From contig JAWOCD010000099.1 of the NCBI GenBank assembly GCA_046483985.1, positions 68,648 to 132,647 on the forward strand: a DNA stretch of 64,000 bases, written 5' to 3'. Below the pieces are notes generated by a model that was given only the letters and a program-made list of their open reading frames with translations, was not told the DNA's origin and searched no databases. Below are positions 9,859-21,133 of this stretch, piece by piece. Both the position numbers and the translations under genes were made by a program. Origin of the DNA: Promethearchaeia archaeon. GTDB taxonomy: Archaea; Asgardarchaeota; Lokiarchaeia; Sigyniarchaeales; SOKP01. Numbering within the stretch: position 1 is the stretch's first letter; the number at the start of each line of letters is the position of its first letter.

Positions 9859-10047
9859 CTATCAACTACATATTTATCTGTTAATTTAATTGTTTTTATA
9901 CTTAGATGAATAATAGAATATAAGCCATATAAATTTATTAGAAATGGTTGATTTAACAATATGAAGTGTAAAGAGTCCGCAGAATTATCCCATTCTTTAC
10001 ATACTGGATTTTATTAGATGAAAAATTAATAGGAGTTTGATAATACT

Positions 10048-11034
10048 ATGAGTAAAACGATTGAAGTCCCGTGGGTGGAGAAGTATCGCCCAAAAGCGTT
10101 CGATGACATTGTCAGTCAAAATATCGCCATAAATAATTTAAAACAATTCGTAAAAAGCGAGGATATGCCTCATATGATATTTTCTGGACCCGCTGGAACG
10201 GGAAAAACCAGTACTGCGTTGATCATCGCCGAATATTTATTAAAAGGAGAGGATTATCATCGAAATGTCTTGGAACTTAATGCCTCTGACACTGTACGAA
10301 TGGACTTTGTACGGAGCGCTCTTAAAGATTTTGTAAATCAGAATATGATCATCGGAAATGAGAACATGAAATTAGTGATCATGGATGAGGCAGACAATAT
10401 CCCAAAACAAGTACAACAAGCATTACGCCGGATTATTGAAAAAGCCCCCACTAATATCAAATTTATCTTGATGTGTAATTATATTAATAAAATAATCGAT
10501 CCCATCATTTCTCGGTGCGCTGTATTTCGATTTGTACCATTGCCAGAAGAAAAAATTGTCAAGAGATTGAAATTCATCGCAGAACAAGAAGGTTTGAAAA
10601 TCCCAGAAGAACAAGCCGAAAGATTTTATAAAACGCTATATTTTATATCCGCTGGAGACTTACGGAAAGCTATCAATACCTTACAAATGGCGGTGGCACT
10701 GGATTTATTAAAAGATCTCAACATTAATGAAATGTTAAGAGTGTCGGGCTTTCTGGATGAAGATGTGTTAAGTAATTTGATTGACCACCTGAAAGAAGAG
10801 AATTTTCAGCAGACAAAAGAGATTTTTGATGAGATTCGTGCAATTGACAGCCGAAACTTGCTCCGGCAGATGGTGGAGCGATTATCATCTGATTTTGATC
10901 TTAAGGTGAGTCAGAAAAACAAATTAACCGCCTATATAGGAGATATCGATTTCCGTATAAGCCAAGGGGGTGACGAAAGAATCCAGATTACTGCTTTATT
11001 ATCTGAAATAATTCAATGTATTAAACAAAGTTGA
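10048..11034 (+). CDS. rfcS: Replication factor C small subunit
   Basis: PWVEKYRP, GPAGTGKT, ELNASD, DEAD, QQALRR, SRC. Confidence 0.97.
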   Translation: MSKTIEVPWVEKYRPKAFDDIVSQNIAINNLKQFVKSEDMPHMIFSGPAGTGKTSTALIIAEYLLKGEDYHRNVLELNASDTVRMDFVRSALKDFVNQNMIIGNENMKLVIMDEADNIPKQVQQALRRIIEKAPTNIKFILMCNYINKIIDPIISRCAVFRFVPLPEEKIVKRLKFIAEQEGLKIPEEQAERFYKTLYFISAGDLRKAINTLQMAVALDLLKDLNINEMLRVSGFLDEDVLSNLIDHLKEENFQQTKEIFDEIRAIDSRNLLRQMVERLSSDFDLKVSQKNKLTAYIGDIDFRISQGGDERIQITALLSEIIQCIKQS

Positions 11035-12113
11035 ATAAGCGAGTAAAAAAAAAGAAAATGATATCGCAAGATCTTGAACCGCCTGTGTGGCGTTTAAAAT
11101 ATTTACCTGAAAGCTTGGATGAAATTTGTGGGAGAGAGGATCTTATCACTAGATTAGAGGATATTATTAAGCGGAAAAATTTTCCTCATATGCTCTTTAT
11201 CGGGTCTGAAGGAATTGGAAAAACGACTATCGCCCGGTTATTTGCAAAAGAGTTTCTCGGGAGATATTATGATGCAAACTTCAAGTTAGTATACGCGGAT
11301 GAACCACTTACATCAGAAGAACGAAGAACAGCTCGCTCTGAATCGTATATTTCCACCAGCAGGATCGGATCCACTGCCGGAAAGAAGATGAGAATGCCGG
11401 CGTTTTTACAGATCAAAATTAAACCCTTTGTGGAACTGAAGGCGTTAGGGGGAGCAGATTTCAAGATTCTCATCGTCAAAAATTTCGAAACATTAGGATC
11501 CAATCAAGAGGGTTTTCGCAGATTAATGGAAACGTATGGGAATAATTGCCGCATGATATTAATATCAACCAAAATTTCGGGAATAATTGACCCCATTTTG
11601 AGCCGCTGTCAGCTGATGTTAGTTCCGCAGCCAAGTTATAAATCTTTTGACCAGTTGATAAATAAAATTGCCGCAAAAGAATCGCTAAAAGTGGAGGAGG
11701 AGATAATTAAAACATTGTATCAAATAAGTGAAGGAAAGCTCGCAAAAGCAATAGACTTATTGCAACTATGCAGCTTGAGTGGGAATACCGTTACCTTGGA
11801 CAAATTACAATCATATTTGAAGGAATACAGAAATAAAGAGATAAGAAAACTTCTTAAAATTTGTTTACAAGGAAACTTTAAGGACGCACGAGAACAACTC
11901 AGAGATATTATCTCAGAATATAAATATAACCCACATGAATTATTCAGTATGCTCTTAGACGAAGTAGATAAAAGTCCCATATCCAGGTTTGTCCAGACAC
12001 AATTGATTGAAATGATCTCCAAGGCTGATTTCAAAGCAGTCGACGGCAACGATGATGATATCCAGATGTCCGCCTTAATAGCAAACATATGTAAATTTTC
12101 AGAATATATATGA
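11031..12113 (+). CDS. Second, divergent RFC small subunit
   Basis: WRLKYLP, GSEGIGKT, QEGFRRLME, LSRC; Walker B replaced by ILIVKNFE. Confidence 0.88.
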   Translation: MNKRVKKKKMISQDLEPPVWRLKYLPESLDEICGREDLITRLEDIIKRKNFPHMLFIGSEGIGKTTIARLFAKEFLGRYYDANFKLVYADEPLTSEERRTARSESYISTSRIGSTAGKKMRMPAFLQIKIKPFVELKALGGADFKILIVKNFETLGSNQEGFRRLMETYGNNCRMILISTKISGIIDPILSRCQLMLVPQPSYKSFDQLINKIAAKESLKVEEEIIKTLYQISEGKLAKAIDLLQLCSLSGNTVTLDKLQSYLKEYRNKEIRKLLKICLQGNFKDAREQLRDIISEYKYNPHELFSMLLDEVDKSPISRFVQTQLIEMISKADFKAVDGNDDDIQMSALIANICKFSEYI

Positions 12114-12126
12114 ATGGTGAGCAACA

Positions 12127-13497
12127 TTGTCAAAAAACGAAAAAATAAATAAGAAACCATGGGTAGAAAAATATCGCCCTAAAAGCATTAAAGAGATGGC
12201 ATTACCAAAAGCAAAATACCAACGGCATACAGTCAGTCTGGCGGAAGAATTACCTAAATTTATAGAGCAGTTTTTCAAGAAACGGAAAATTATCAATAAA
12301 AAGAACAAAAAGATCCGGGCTTTTAACAGAACTGCAGTAGAAAAGGAACAAAAAGAATTAAAAAGTATGGACCCCAAAGATGCTGCAATTCTCTTAGAAG
12401 GGAAACCTGGAATTGGGAAGACCTCTATCGTATATGCCTTGGCGAACGACTTAAACATGCAAGTGGTGGAGACGAATGCTTCCGATACCCGGACTCGAGA
12501 TGCCTTAGAAAGTAAACTAAAGGAAACCACAAAATCTCGGGGGATTATGGATTTTATCACAGAATCAAAGCGAAAGTTGATTTTAATTGACGAGGTCGAC
12601 GGAATTTATGGAAATAAAGACAGGGGTGCGGTGCCAACCATCATCGATTTAATTGAAAATACGCAATATCCCATCATCATGTGCTCAAATGAATACCAAT
12701 CAAATCTTCGATCACTCTACAAACGAGTCCGTAAATACGAAGTGCAGCCGCTCGCAAAAGACGAAGTTATGAAGATTATGAAGCGGATCTTAAAGAAAGA
12801 AAATATTGAAAGTCTGAGCCCTACTGAGTTACAGCAGATTGTCCAAAAAAATGAAGGAGATCTACGAGGCGTGATAAACGATCTTCAGGGTGTTGCTCAA
12901 GGAGCTTCAAAATCAACAGATACAAAAGAGTTAATCGGTAATTTGCGGAGGGACTCAACGCAAGAAATATTTCAGTTAATCCGTGACCTTTTTCAAAAGG
13001 CATCCACCTTAATGGAAGCAAAACTTATAACCGATAAATCCGATGTGGACTACAATTTCTTGTATAAATGGGTAAACGAGAACTTGCCCAGTTTTTTAAA
13101 TGTGAACCATGACATTGCTTTGGGTTATAAATATTTATCCGATGCCGATCAAGTTTATGGACGGATCCGAAAAAATATGAATTGGTCGTTGTTGCCCTAT
13201 TTCTATGATTTATTTGCTGGTGGGATGGTGGTTGCCCAAGAAAAAGGACGGCGGAGTAAAGGATTCCGGAAAATTTCATTTCCACGATATTCTTCATCTG
13301 CGTCTTATTCGCTGACAAATGCAGAAAAATCATTAGTAGAAAAAATTAATGAACATTATGAGGTATCTGAATCCGAAGCCGTAAAAACACTTCTACCATT
13401 TTTACGCATTCTCTGTTCAAGGTCCAGAAGAACGCTTAAAATTGTAAGTGACTGGTTCGATCTCAACGCAAAAGAAAAGAGATTACTTAAGAAATAA
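12127..13497 (+). CDS. rfcL: Replication factor C large subunit
   Basis: PWVEKYRP, GKPGIGKT, ETNASDTR, LILIDEVDG, GDLRGVINDLQ, WVNEN, ADQVYGRI...WSLLPY. Confidence 0.95.
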   Translation: MSKNEKINKKPWVEKYRPKSIKEMALPKAKYQRHTVSLAEELPKFIEQFFKKRKIINKKNKKIRAFNRTAVEKEQKELKSMDPKDAAILLEGKPGIGKTSIVYALANDLNMQVVETNASDTRTRDALESKLKETTKSRGIMDFITESKRKLILIDEVDGIYGNKDRGAVPTIIDLIENTQYPIIMCSNEYQSNLRSLYKRVRKYEVQPLAKDEVMKIMKRILKKENIESLSPTELQQIVQKNEGDLRGVINDLQGVAQGASKSTDTKELIGNLRRDSTQEIFQLIRDLFQKASTLMEAKLITDKSDVDYNFLYKWVNENLPSFLNVNHDIALGYKYLSDADQVYGRIRKNMNWSLLPYFYDLFAGGMVVAQEKGRRSKGFRKISFPRYSSSASYSLTNAEKSLVEKINEHYEVSESEAVKTLLPFLRILCSRSRRTLKIVSDWFDLNAKEKRLLKK

Positions 13498-13736
13498 TTT
13501 TGATCTAACCTATTTTTGGGTAGGAACAAAGTTTAATTTTATTTCTTTATTTTGTTGATTCAGCTCAATTACATAAAAAATTATTATACCCATGAATTAG
13601 ATCTATGATTCTTTTTTCAATGTTTATTTCCTAACTATATATCTGGGCTTGAATCCCTTTCTTAAGATATTGGATTACTCATCATTTATAAAAAATAGAT
13701 ATCATTATCTAATATAATAAAATTAGAAATAAAAAA

Positions 13737-14369
13737 ATGAATATGAGTAAAGCGGCAAATAAAGAAGAAGAATCACAAAATATCGAAAAAGAATCAGGAA
13801 TGTCCAAACGAACCCAAATTACATTGCAAATCTCGGGATCTGCAATTTTTGCAGCATTATCTATCACATTGGCTCCACTTACATCATTTATACCTCGATT
13901 TGGAGCGGGTATGGCCTATTTTGACCCTATATCCATTATTTGGATATCTGCATTTTTAATCTTTGGTCCGTGGGCAGGAATTTTTTGTTCAATTATCGGG
14001 ACTGTTCTTTTATTTCCTTTTGATCCCTTCGCACCCATCGGCCCCTTAATGAAATTTGTGTCAACTGTAATACTTATCTTGGTCTATACCATCGGTTTAC
14101 GATTATATAGGGAGGATGGAACAAGTAAAAAACTCAAAAAGATAAAGAATTTTTTAATTTGGGGAATAATAGCCACAATAGCAAGAGAAATTATTATGAT
14201 ATTATTGAATATTCCAGCCTATATTGCAATAACTGGAGGGACTCATGGGCTTGGATTCTGGCTCATTGGGATAGCAGTAACTAATCCTATTCAGAGTTTA
14301 GCTGATTTAGCTATTCCTTACCTCTTAGTATATACAACAAAACTCGACGAAAAGTTTGAGCTTTGGTAA
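13737..14369 (+). CDS. ECF transporter S component
   Basis: About 6 TM; SAIFAALS...YFDPISI...LIFGPWAG pattern. Confidence 0.75.
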   Translation: MNMSKAANKEEESQNIEKESGMSKRTQITLQISGSAIFAALSITLAPLTSFIPRFGAGMAYFDPISIIWISAFLIFGPWAGIFCSIIGTVLLFPFDPFAPIGPLMKFVSTVILILVYTIGLRLYREDGTSKKLKKIKNFLIWGIIATIAREIIMILLNIPAYIAITGGTHGLGFWLIGIAVTNPIQSLADLAIPYLLVYTTKLDEKFELW

Positions 14370-14463
14370 TTTTAATACTTTCAAAAAAAATTTTTTTAAA
14401 TTTAGGAATGCCCAAAATTAGATGTCTTTGGTATTATCATAATTTTTATTTTTTAGATTTCAA

Positions 14464-16161
14464 TTAAATTAACATATGAAGCATTGAATTAATGCCCATC
14501 ACATTCGAAACGGCGGCTCCGAAAAATAATTGAATGATGAGAAATGAACTTAATATTACGGAACTAAATTGTTCTGTCTTAGTATAGATGATTGCATTTA
14601 AAATGACAACCGCCAGTGAGATTAAATGGGTAACTAATATGGCTTGGGTTATAAAAATATTCCATGAAAGTAGCATAAGAACTCCGTGATGGATTATGGA
14701 TAAGTATGTCATTATCATCACTTTCCTTCTGCGTGACTTAACGAAATTTAATTTAGGAAAAATAATTTTTCTGTAGAATATCTCCATATTAAGATACAAT
14801 GGGTAAACCGTATATGCAAGGATAAAACTGACGAAATCTGAAGGCCAGAAAAATGCGAATGGATAACTAATCGCATTAATTGCATATACACCGATAAAAA
14901 TTAAAGTAGAACAAAAAGAATAAGCTAAAAAATGCAATTCAAATTGTAACTCAACTTTTTCAATCTGAAAATAACGCTGTCTTTCGGGTTTTGGCTTTTT
15001 AAGAAATTTAATGGCCTTGATAATTCCAAAGGCGATTAAAAGAAAGACCGGTGCCAAGATAAAGCCTAAAAGTTCGAAAATAGAGATAAAAATTTGATAG
15101 AAGGCCACAAAAAAAGCGAAGTATAAAAGGATGTTTACAATCCGTTTCTTTTTCTGTTTTTCTGAAAGTTCAACATATTCGACTCTTAAATTCTGTTCTT
15201 GAAAGGTGGGGTCAACTGCAAATAGCTTTGAGATGGAAGATACAACGGCAAGGACAAAAAGGAAGCCCATAATATAAGTTAGGATTAAAAGGGAGTAATT
15301 AAACATATAAGAGAGATTTATAGGTCCCCTTAATGAACCATGGAAATAAGTTTCAAACCAAATAATCGTTTCTTTTACCGCTTTATCGGATGCTAATAAA
15401 TGAGCCCCCCCTATTAATGGTTTCTTTATTTTAAGCGATTCGCAATCTGTTAATTCTTTAGCAACGGGAATATGCTCCTCATAGGGTAATGTGGGGTCAT
15501 TTTGATGATGAACGACAAACAAGTTTTTCGTATTGTTTTTATTTATCAAATTCTGTGGAAAATAATCGACAAAGGGATGATCTTTTGGTAAACTAAACAT
15601 TTCAGGTTTTGGATTTATAAGTCCAGACCATAATACGGTAGCTTTAAAACGGCTATCTAATGCTTGATTCATTAAAGCCACCATTCCTCCTAATGAATAC
15701 CCAATTAAACCCACTTGGGAAAAATTAATCTCCCCAATTTCCGATTCTACTACCGTATCCAGTAATCTTGAGCAGTCTTGAGCCAATGCCGGCTTATCTC
15801 TTCCTGGAACTTGCTTGGTTAAGTATCCTTCGCTATCCCCATGACCTTGATAGTCAATTGAGGCAACAAAATATCCCCGTTTTGTGAGTTCCATGGGTGC
15901 ACGGAGGTCTAAATCTCTTTGGCTTCCCAACCCATGAACAAAAATAATTAAAGGTCTTTTTTGGTCAATAAGAGGATAATCCGCTGGAAAGTAAAGATTT
16001 GCGTATAATTCAGAGCCAGCGGATTGAAATTCAATTTTTTTATATTCGTTATAACTAAAGGAACGAAAGGTATAGAGGGCCGCTGTCGAAATTATAAATG
16101 CAATAAAAGCAACGATGAGAAAATTTTTTCTAAAGTTTTTTCGAAATTTTCTTAACATCAA
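14464..16161 (-). CDS. Membrane-anchored alpha/beta hydrolase with C-terminal multi-TM domain
   Basis: HGLGS, DYQGHGDS, nucleophile elbow GYSLGG, Asp/His candidates (NDP, GGAH). Confidence 0.85.
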   Translation of the reverse strand: MMLRKFRKNFRKNFLIVAFIAFIISTAALYTFRSFSYNEYKKIEFQSAGSELYANLYFPADYPLIDQKRPLIIFVHGLGSQRDLDLRAPMELTKRGYFVASIDYQGHGDSEGYLTKQVPGRDKPALAQDCSRLLDTVVESEIGEINFSQVGLIGYSLGGMVALMNQALDSRFKATVLWSGLINPKPEMFSLPKDHPFVDYFPQNLINKNNTKNLFVVHHQNDPTLPYEEHIPVAKELTDCESLKIKKPLIGGAHLLASDKAVKETIIWFETYFHGSLRGPINLSYMFNYSLLILTYIMGFLFVLAVVSSISKLFAVDPTFQEQNLRVEYVELSEKQKKKRIVNILLYFAFFVAFYQIFISIFELLGFILAPVFLLIAFGIIKAIKFLKKPKPERQRYFQIEKVELQFELHFLAYSFCSTLIFIGVYAINAISYPFAFFWPSDFVSFILAYTVYPLYLNMEIFYRKIIFPKLNFVKSRRRKVMIMTYLSIIHHGVLMLLSWNIFITQAILVTHLISLAVVILNAIIYTKTEQFSSVILSSFLIIQLFFGAAVSNVMGINSMLHMLI

Positions 16162-16266
16162 AAATAAAAATTAACCTAACTTAAAAAATATAATTTTAGT
16201 GGTGGAGTGATCAAAAGAAATAAGAACTCAAAAAGGAATATTTATCTTTTTGGTCAAGTTCAATCT

Positions 16267-17154
16267 TCAGCTTGGTATGTTTAACTTTTTAGTTAAGTTT
16301 TTGTAACGGGACCGGAGCGTTACTTCAGTTACACCCACTAAATCAGATATTTTCTTTTGAGTTATGTGGATATCTAATATTTTACAAGCAATATAAAGTG
16401 CTCCAGCAACAAATCCTTTCGGATCCTTTCCGCTCGTTCGGAATCGGGAAAAATATTTTTGAATGATCTCCCTTGCAATTTTTTCGGCTTCTGTTCCTAA
16501 CCCTAGTTCAGATACATACCTCGGAATTAAAAAGCTGGGATTTGTTGTAGGAACATGTAATTTTAGTTCTTTAATAATAATACTATAGCACTTTCTAACA
16601 TTTCTCGGGCTTTCTGAGGATTCCTCGATAACTTCTTGGAAGGTTCGCGGGATTTTTTTCTTTCTAATTGCATAGTAGAGTGAAGCAGCAACCATTCCAT
16701 TAATGGATCTTCCGCGAAGTAATTTATTTTTAAAGGCTTGTCTGTAAATTCTCATCGCTTCTTGCTTCACGTGAGGAGGTAAATTCAAGTTTGTGGCAAT
16801 TCGTTTGAGTTCTGTAGTGGCAATTAACATATTCCGTTTATCCCATGTCATACGGGAATTCCACTTCGTCGCTCGCTTCAAATCAGGATTTTTGATTTTA
16901 CTGCGATTGATCGTTGTAGTAAAAGCCATATCGGGCAATAAGTTCGAGATCGGTGAACCAGTTCTTTTCCTCTTCTTTTTCTCTTCTTTACTGTAAGATC
17001 TTCTCCCAGAATGCGCATAATCAATAGCTCGCTCGGAAAAGACTAACCCACATTGACCGCAGACAACTTCTCCTGTCTCTTCTATGGATATCAAAGACCC
17101 ACCACATTCGGGACACCTTCTTATGTCTTGTTTTTTATTTGCAGTCTTTTCCAT
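16267..17154 (-). CDS. tfb: Transcription initiation factor IIB
   Basis: Zn ribbon CPECG...CGQCG; LLRGRSI, GKDPKG, GVTEVTLRSRYK cyclin repeats. Confidence 0.96.
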   Translation of the reverse strand: MEKTANKKQDIRRCPECGGSLISIEETGEVVCGQCGLVFSERAIDYAHSGRRSYSKEEKKKRKRTGSPISNLLPDMAFTTTINRSKIKNPDLKRATKWNSRMTWDKRNMLIATTELKRIATNLNLPPHVKQEAMRIYRQAFKNKLLRGRSINGMVAASLYYAIRKKKIPRTFQEVIEESSESPRNVRKCYSIIIKELKLHVPTTNPSFLIPRYVSELGLGTEAEKIAREIIQKYFSRFRTSGKDPKGFVAGALYIACKILDIHITQKKISDLVGVTEVTLRSRYKNLTKKLNIPS

Positions 17155-17229
17155 ACTCTACACCTCCTTTTATAAATAAATCTTTATTAAATAATAAAGT
17201 TAAGAGTTAGAAATTATAAATTAAAAAAA

Positions 17230-19842
17230 TTAATTACTTATATGTCCTATTTTTTCAAACGTTAATTCAGTAGAATTTGATTCCACTCTAATCAAATCTT
17301 CCTCAGTAAATTTACCCTCCAACAATTTTAAAGATAACGGATCTTGTATGTATTTTTGAATTGCTCGTTTTAATGGTCTTGCGCCATAATCGGGATCAAA
17401 TCCTTTTTCCGCTAAAAATGCTTTTGCTCCTTCGGAAAGTTCCACCTTGATGTGTTTATCAGCAAGAATTTTATTCAATTCTCGTATTTGAATGTCTACG
17501 ATATCCTTGATTTGCTCCTTTTCTAAGAAGTTGTAGATAATTATATCATCCACTCGATTCAAAAATTCTGGTTTAAAATGATGTCGTAGGGTCTTCATAA
17601 TTCGTTCCTTGTCAATTTCTTTATTTTCATCTCTTGCCTCTAAGATGTATTGACTTCCTATATTGCTAGTCATAATTAAAATAGTGTTCTTAAAATCCAC
17701 TGTTCGTCCATGGCCATCTGTCAATCGTCCATCATCCATAATTTGTAATAAGATGTTAAACACTTCCGGATGTGCTTTTTCAATTTCATCAAGTAAGATA
17801 ACTGAGTAAGGTCTTCGCCTCACCGCCTCAGTCAAATATCCTCCTTGCTCATAACCGACATAACCAGGTGGCGATCCGATCAATCTTGCAACGCTATGTT
17901 TCTCCATAAATTCCGACATGTCTAATCTTACCATTGCCTCTTCATCATCAAACAGAAATTCTGCTAGTGCTTTTGCGGTTTCCGTTTTTCCCACTCCCGT
18001 GGGTCCCATAAAAATAAAGGTTCCTATAGGTCTATTCGGGTCTTGTATTCCCGTCCGCCCTCTTCTAATTGCATTTGAAATGATATTTAATGCTTTATCT
18101 TGACCAATTACTCTTCTTTTTAGTCTTTCTTCCATATGAAGGAGTTTCTCTCGCTCTCCCTCCATCATTCTCGATATGGGAATTCCAGTCCATTGTGAAA
18201 CGATTTGTGCAATATCTTCCTCATCTACTTCTTGTTTCAACATCGGATGATCATTTTGTAATTCTTCTAATTCTTCTTGGTTTTGTTTCAACTCTTTCTT
18301 CAGTTCGTTCATTTTTCCATAAGTGAGTTCTGCAGCCTTATCTAGCTCTCCCCGTTTTTCCGCTTTCTCGGCCTCAATCTTGGTTTTTTCCATTTCTTCC
18401 TTTATTCTTCGAATATTTTTGATCTTTTCCTTCTCATTTTTCCATTGAAGCTTCATTTTGCTAATTTCTTCTCGCAAGTTATGCAATTCTTCATCGATGT
18501 TTTCTAATTTTTCCTTCACCGCCTCATCGTGTTCTGCTTCTTTCTTTAATGCTTCCCGCTGAATCTCTAATTGAATAATTTCTCGCTCAATTTCATCTAT
18601 TTCTGTTGGCATACTATCAATTTCAATTCTCAACCGCGATGCGGCCTCATCCATTAAGTCAATCGCTTTATCGGGCAAAAATCTGTCCGATATATAACGA
18701 TTTGAAAGAGTTACTGCGGCAATAATCGCGGAATCTGTAATACGAACTCCGTGATGGACTTCATATTTTTCTTTGATTCCTCGGAGAATCGCCACTGAAT
18801 CTTCAACAGAAGGTTCTGCAGTAAATACAGTCTGAAACCGCCGAGTAAGAGCTGCATCCTTTTCAATATGCTCTCGATATTCATCTAATGTAGTAGCGCC
18901 AATACACTTCAATTCTCCTCGAGCTAATGCTGGTTTCAACATATTTGATGCATCAATTGCTCCTTCTGCAGCTCCAGCACCCACTAAGGTATGAAGTTCA
19001 TCAATGAAGAGTATATATTTCCCCGCACCTTTTTTAATTTCTTTTAATAAGGCTTTCAGTCGGTCTTCAAATTCACCGCGATATTTTGCTCCCGCAATTA
19101 AGGATCCCAAATCAAGAGTCAATAATTCCTTATCTTTTAGAGATTCTGGTACATCATCATCTGCAATTCTCTGGGCTAATCCTTCTACAATCGCAGTTTT
19201 TCCCACTCCTGCTTCTCCGATCAGGACGGGGTTATTTTTTGTCCGTCGGGATAATATATGCATTAACCGCCTGATCTCATCATCTCGTCCAATAATGGGA
19301 TCGAGCTTGCCACGACGGGCTAAGTCGGTCATATTGATACAATATTTTTGAATTGTCCGATATCTGCCCTCTGCATTCTTATCTGTTACAGTCTGTGTTC
19401 CTCTCACACTTTTTAATGCTTTGAGCAGTCTATCCTTCGAAATGCCGTATTTTTTTAATAATTCATGTAAACGTAATGAATCTTCTTCTGCCATTGCAAT
19501 TATAAGATGCTCAGAGCTCAGAAATTCATCATTTAATGACTCTGCCTCTTCCCACGCTTTGTCGAAAACTTGCTTACTGTTACGGGAGATCCTCACATCG
19601 GTAGCGCCAGGACCCGTCACTTGCGGTAATCTGTCTAACTCTCGATGTAAGTCTGAAAGCAACCGTTCTACTTGGATTCCCAGTTTTTGAAATAAGGGAC
19701 GGGCAATCCCATCTTCTTGCTCTAATAGTGCTAATAAAAGATGAACTGGTTCGATTGATTGATGATCGTTTGTTTGGGCAATTGAACGGGCTGATACAAT
19801 CGCTTCTTGCACTTTGATAGTAAATTTATCATATTTCATCAT
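17230..19842 (-). CDS. clpB: ATP-dependent disaggregase ClpB
   Basis: Clp N-domain, [15 protein letters not shown], coiled-coil M domain, [18 protein letters not shown]. Confidence 0.98.
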   Translation of the reverse strand: MMKYDKFTIKVQEAIVSARSIAQTNDHQSIEPVHLLLALLEQEDGIARPLFQKLGIQVERLLSDLHRELDRLPQVTGPGATDVRISRNSKQVFDKAWEEAESLNDEFLSSEHLIIAMAEEDSLRLHELLKKYGISKDRLLKALKSVRGTQTVTDKNAEGRYRTIQKYCINMTDLARRGKLDPIIGRDDEIRRLMHILSRRTKNNPVLIGEAGVGKTAIVEGLAQRIADDDVPESLKDKELLTLDLGSLIAGAKYRGEFEDRLKALLKEIKKGAGKYILFIDELHTLVGAGAAEGAIDASNMLKPALARGELKCIGATTLDEYREHIEKDAALTRRFQTVFTAEPSVEDSVAILRGIKEKYEVHHGVRITDSAIIAAVTLSNRYISDRFLPDKAIDLMDEAASRLRIEIDSMPTEIDEIEREIIQLEIQREALKKEAEHDEAVKEKLENIDEELHNLREEISKMKLQWKNEKEKIKNIRRIKEEMEKTKIEAEKAEKRGELDKAAELTYGKMNELKKELKQNQEELEELQNDHPMLKQEVDEEDIAQIVSQWTGIPISRMMEGEREKLLHMEERLKRRVIGQDKALNIISNAIRRGRTGIQDPNRPIGTFIFMGPTGVGKTETAKALAEFLFDDEEAMVRLDMSEFMEKHSVARLIGSPPGYVGYEQGGYLTEAVRRRPYSVILLDEIEKAHPEVFNILLQIMDDGRLTDGHGRTVDFKNTILIMTSNIGSQYILEARDENKEIDKERIMKTLRHHFKPEFLNRVDDIIIYNFLEKEQIKDIVDIQIRELNKILADKHIKVELSEGAKAFLAEKGFDPDYGARPLKRAIQKYIQDPLSLKLLEGKFTEEDLIRVESNSTELTFEKIGHISN

Positions 19843-19860
19843 TTTTTTAATCTCCCCTCA

Positions 19861-20925
19861 TTATAATCCGGTTTGTTTTAATTTTTCTAATAGGCGTTTT
19901 TGCTTTGAATTGACCTTTTGCGGAACTTTAATTTTGATCTTTACCAATTCATTGCCGCGTTGCTCGGTGCCCACCTTGTAAAAACCTTGATCTTTCAAGC
20001 GTAGAACTGTGGAATCCTTAGTTCCAGGAGGGACAGAAACAGTTAAATCTTTCTCTATCCCTGGGACACGGATTTTCCCCCCTAATGCTGCGGTCGTAAA
20101 GGGTATTTCCTTTTCCACGCGGATATCATCTCCGTCGCGTTCAAAGGTCGGGTGGTCACGGATATGTACGGCAATATAAAGGTCCCCGGCTTTTCCGCCA
20201 TGTTCCCCAGGCATTCCTTTTCCTTTTAATCGTAATTTTTGGCCATCTTTAATTCCTTTGGGAATTTTGACTTTTAATTGTTCTTGTTCACCTGACATGG
20301 GATTTCGGTATGAAATCCTTCGCTCTCCGCCATAGAAGGCATCCATAAATCCGATCTCCATATCGTATCTGAGGTCATCACCTTCGCGAGGGTTTTTTCT
20401 CCGACGCCCTCCCGTTGATCGGGCCCTTGTACTTCCTCTTCCTCCTTTTGAGAAGACATCGAATATATCGCCTAAGTCATTAAAGAAATCGAAACCTCCA
20501 AATCCAGAAGACCCACTTCTTCCTCCTCTACTTTTTCCTTTCGAACCACCAAATATATCGCTGAAATCAACCCCACCCTTACCAGATCCGCCAGTAGAGG
20601 TATAATATACGGTACCATCCGGTCCTCGATAAACTCTTCCACCACCAGGTGCCCCTCCGGGGCCTGCCCCTCCAGGGCCTGCCCCTCCAAAATTAGGCGC
20701 TTCTCCTCCCGTGACTCCAAATTTATCATACATTTTTCTTTTCTTCTCATCGCTTAATACCCGATACGCTTCATTAATCTTCTTAAACCGTTCACCAGAG
20801 CGTGGCTCATCGGGATTTACATCAGGATGGTATTTTCTTGCCTTCTTTCGAAAAGCTCGTTTTATGTCATCTTGCGTGGCGTTCTCATCAACGCCTAATA
20901 TTTTGTAATAATCTTTTTTCGGCAT
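19861..20925 (-). CDS. dnaJ: DnaJ co-chaperone, class B (no Zn finger)
   Basis: J domain with HPD, long G/F region, C-terminal domain; no CxxCxGxG repeats. Confidence 0.92.
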   Translation of the reverse strand: MPKKDYYKILGVDENATQDDIKRAFRKKARKYHPDVNPDEPRSGERFKKINEAYRVLSDEKKRKMYDKFGVTGGEAPNFGGAGPGGAGPGGAPGGGRVYRGPDGTVYYTSTGGSGKGGVDFSDIFGGSKGKSRGGRSGSSGFGGFDFFNDLGDIFDVFSKGGRGSTRARSTGGRRRKNPREGDDLRYDMEIGFMDAFYGGERRISYRNPMSGEQEQLKVKIPKGIKDGQKLRLKGKGMPGEHGGKAGDLYIAVHIRDHPTFERDGDDIRVEKEIPFTTAALGGKIRVPGIEKDLTVSVPPGTKDSTVLRLKDQGFYKVGTEQRGNELVKIKIKVPQKVNSKQKRLLEKLKQTGL

Positions 20926-21133
20926 TATTCTCTCCTTCCTTTTTTATATTCTTCTATACTTATATACTTCCTTTTTTTCTTAGTTAAATGTAAACGGTAA
21001 AATGGAAAATTAATTCCTATGAAATGATACATAATTCCTAAATGGTACATAAATGTTCATATATGATAATGAAATAAAAAATAAAAAAAAATTTGGTTGT
21101 CCTATATTTTTAGGAATTCTAACTTCTATTTGC

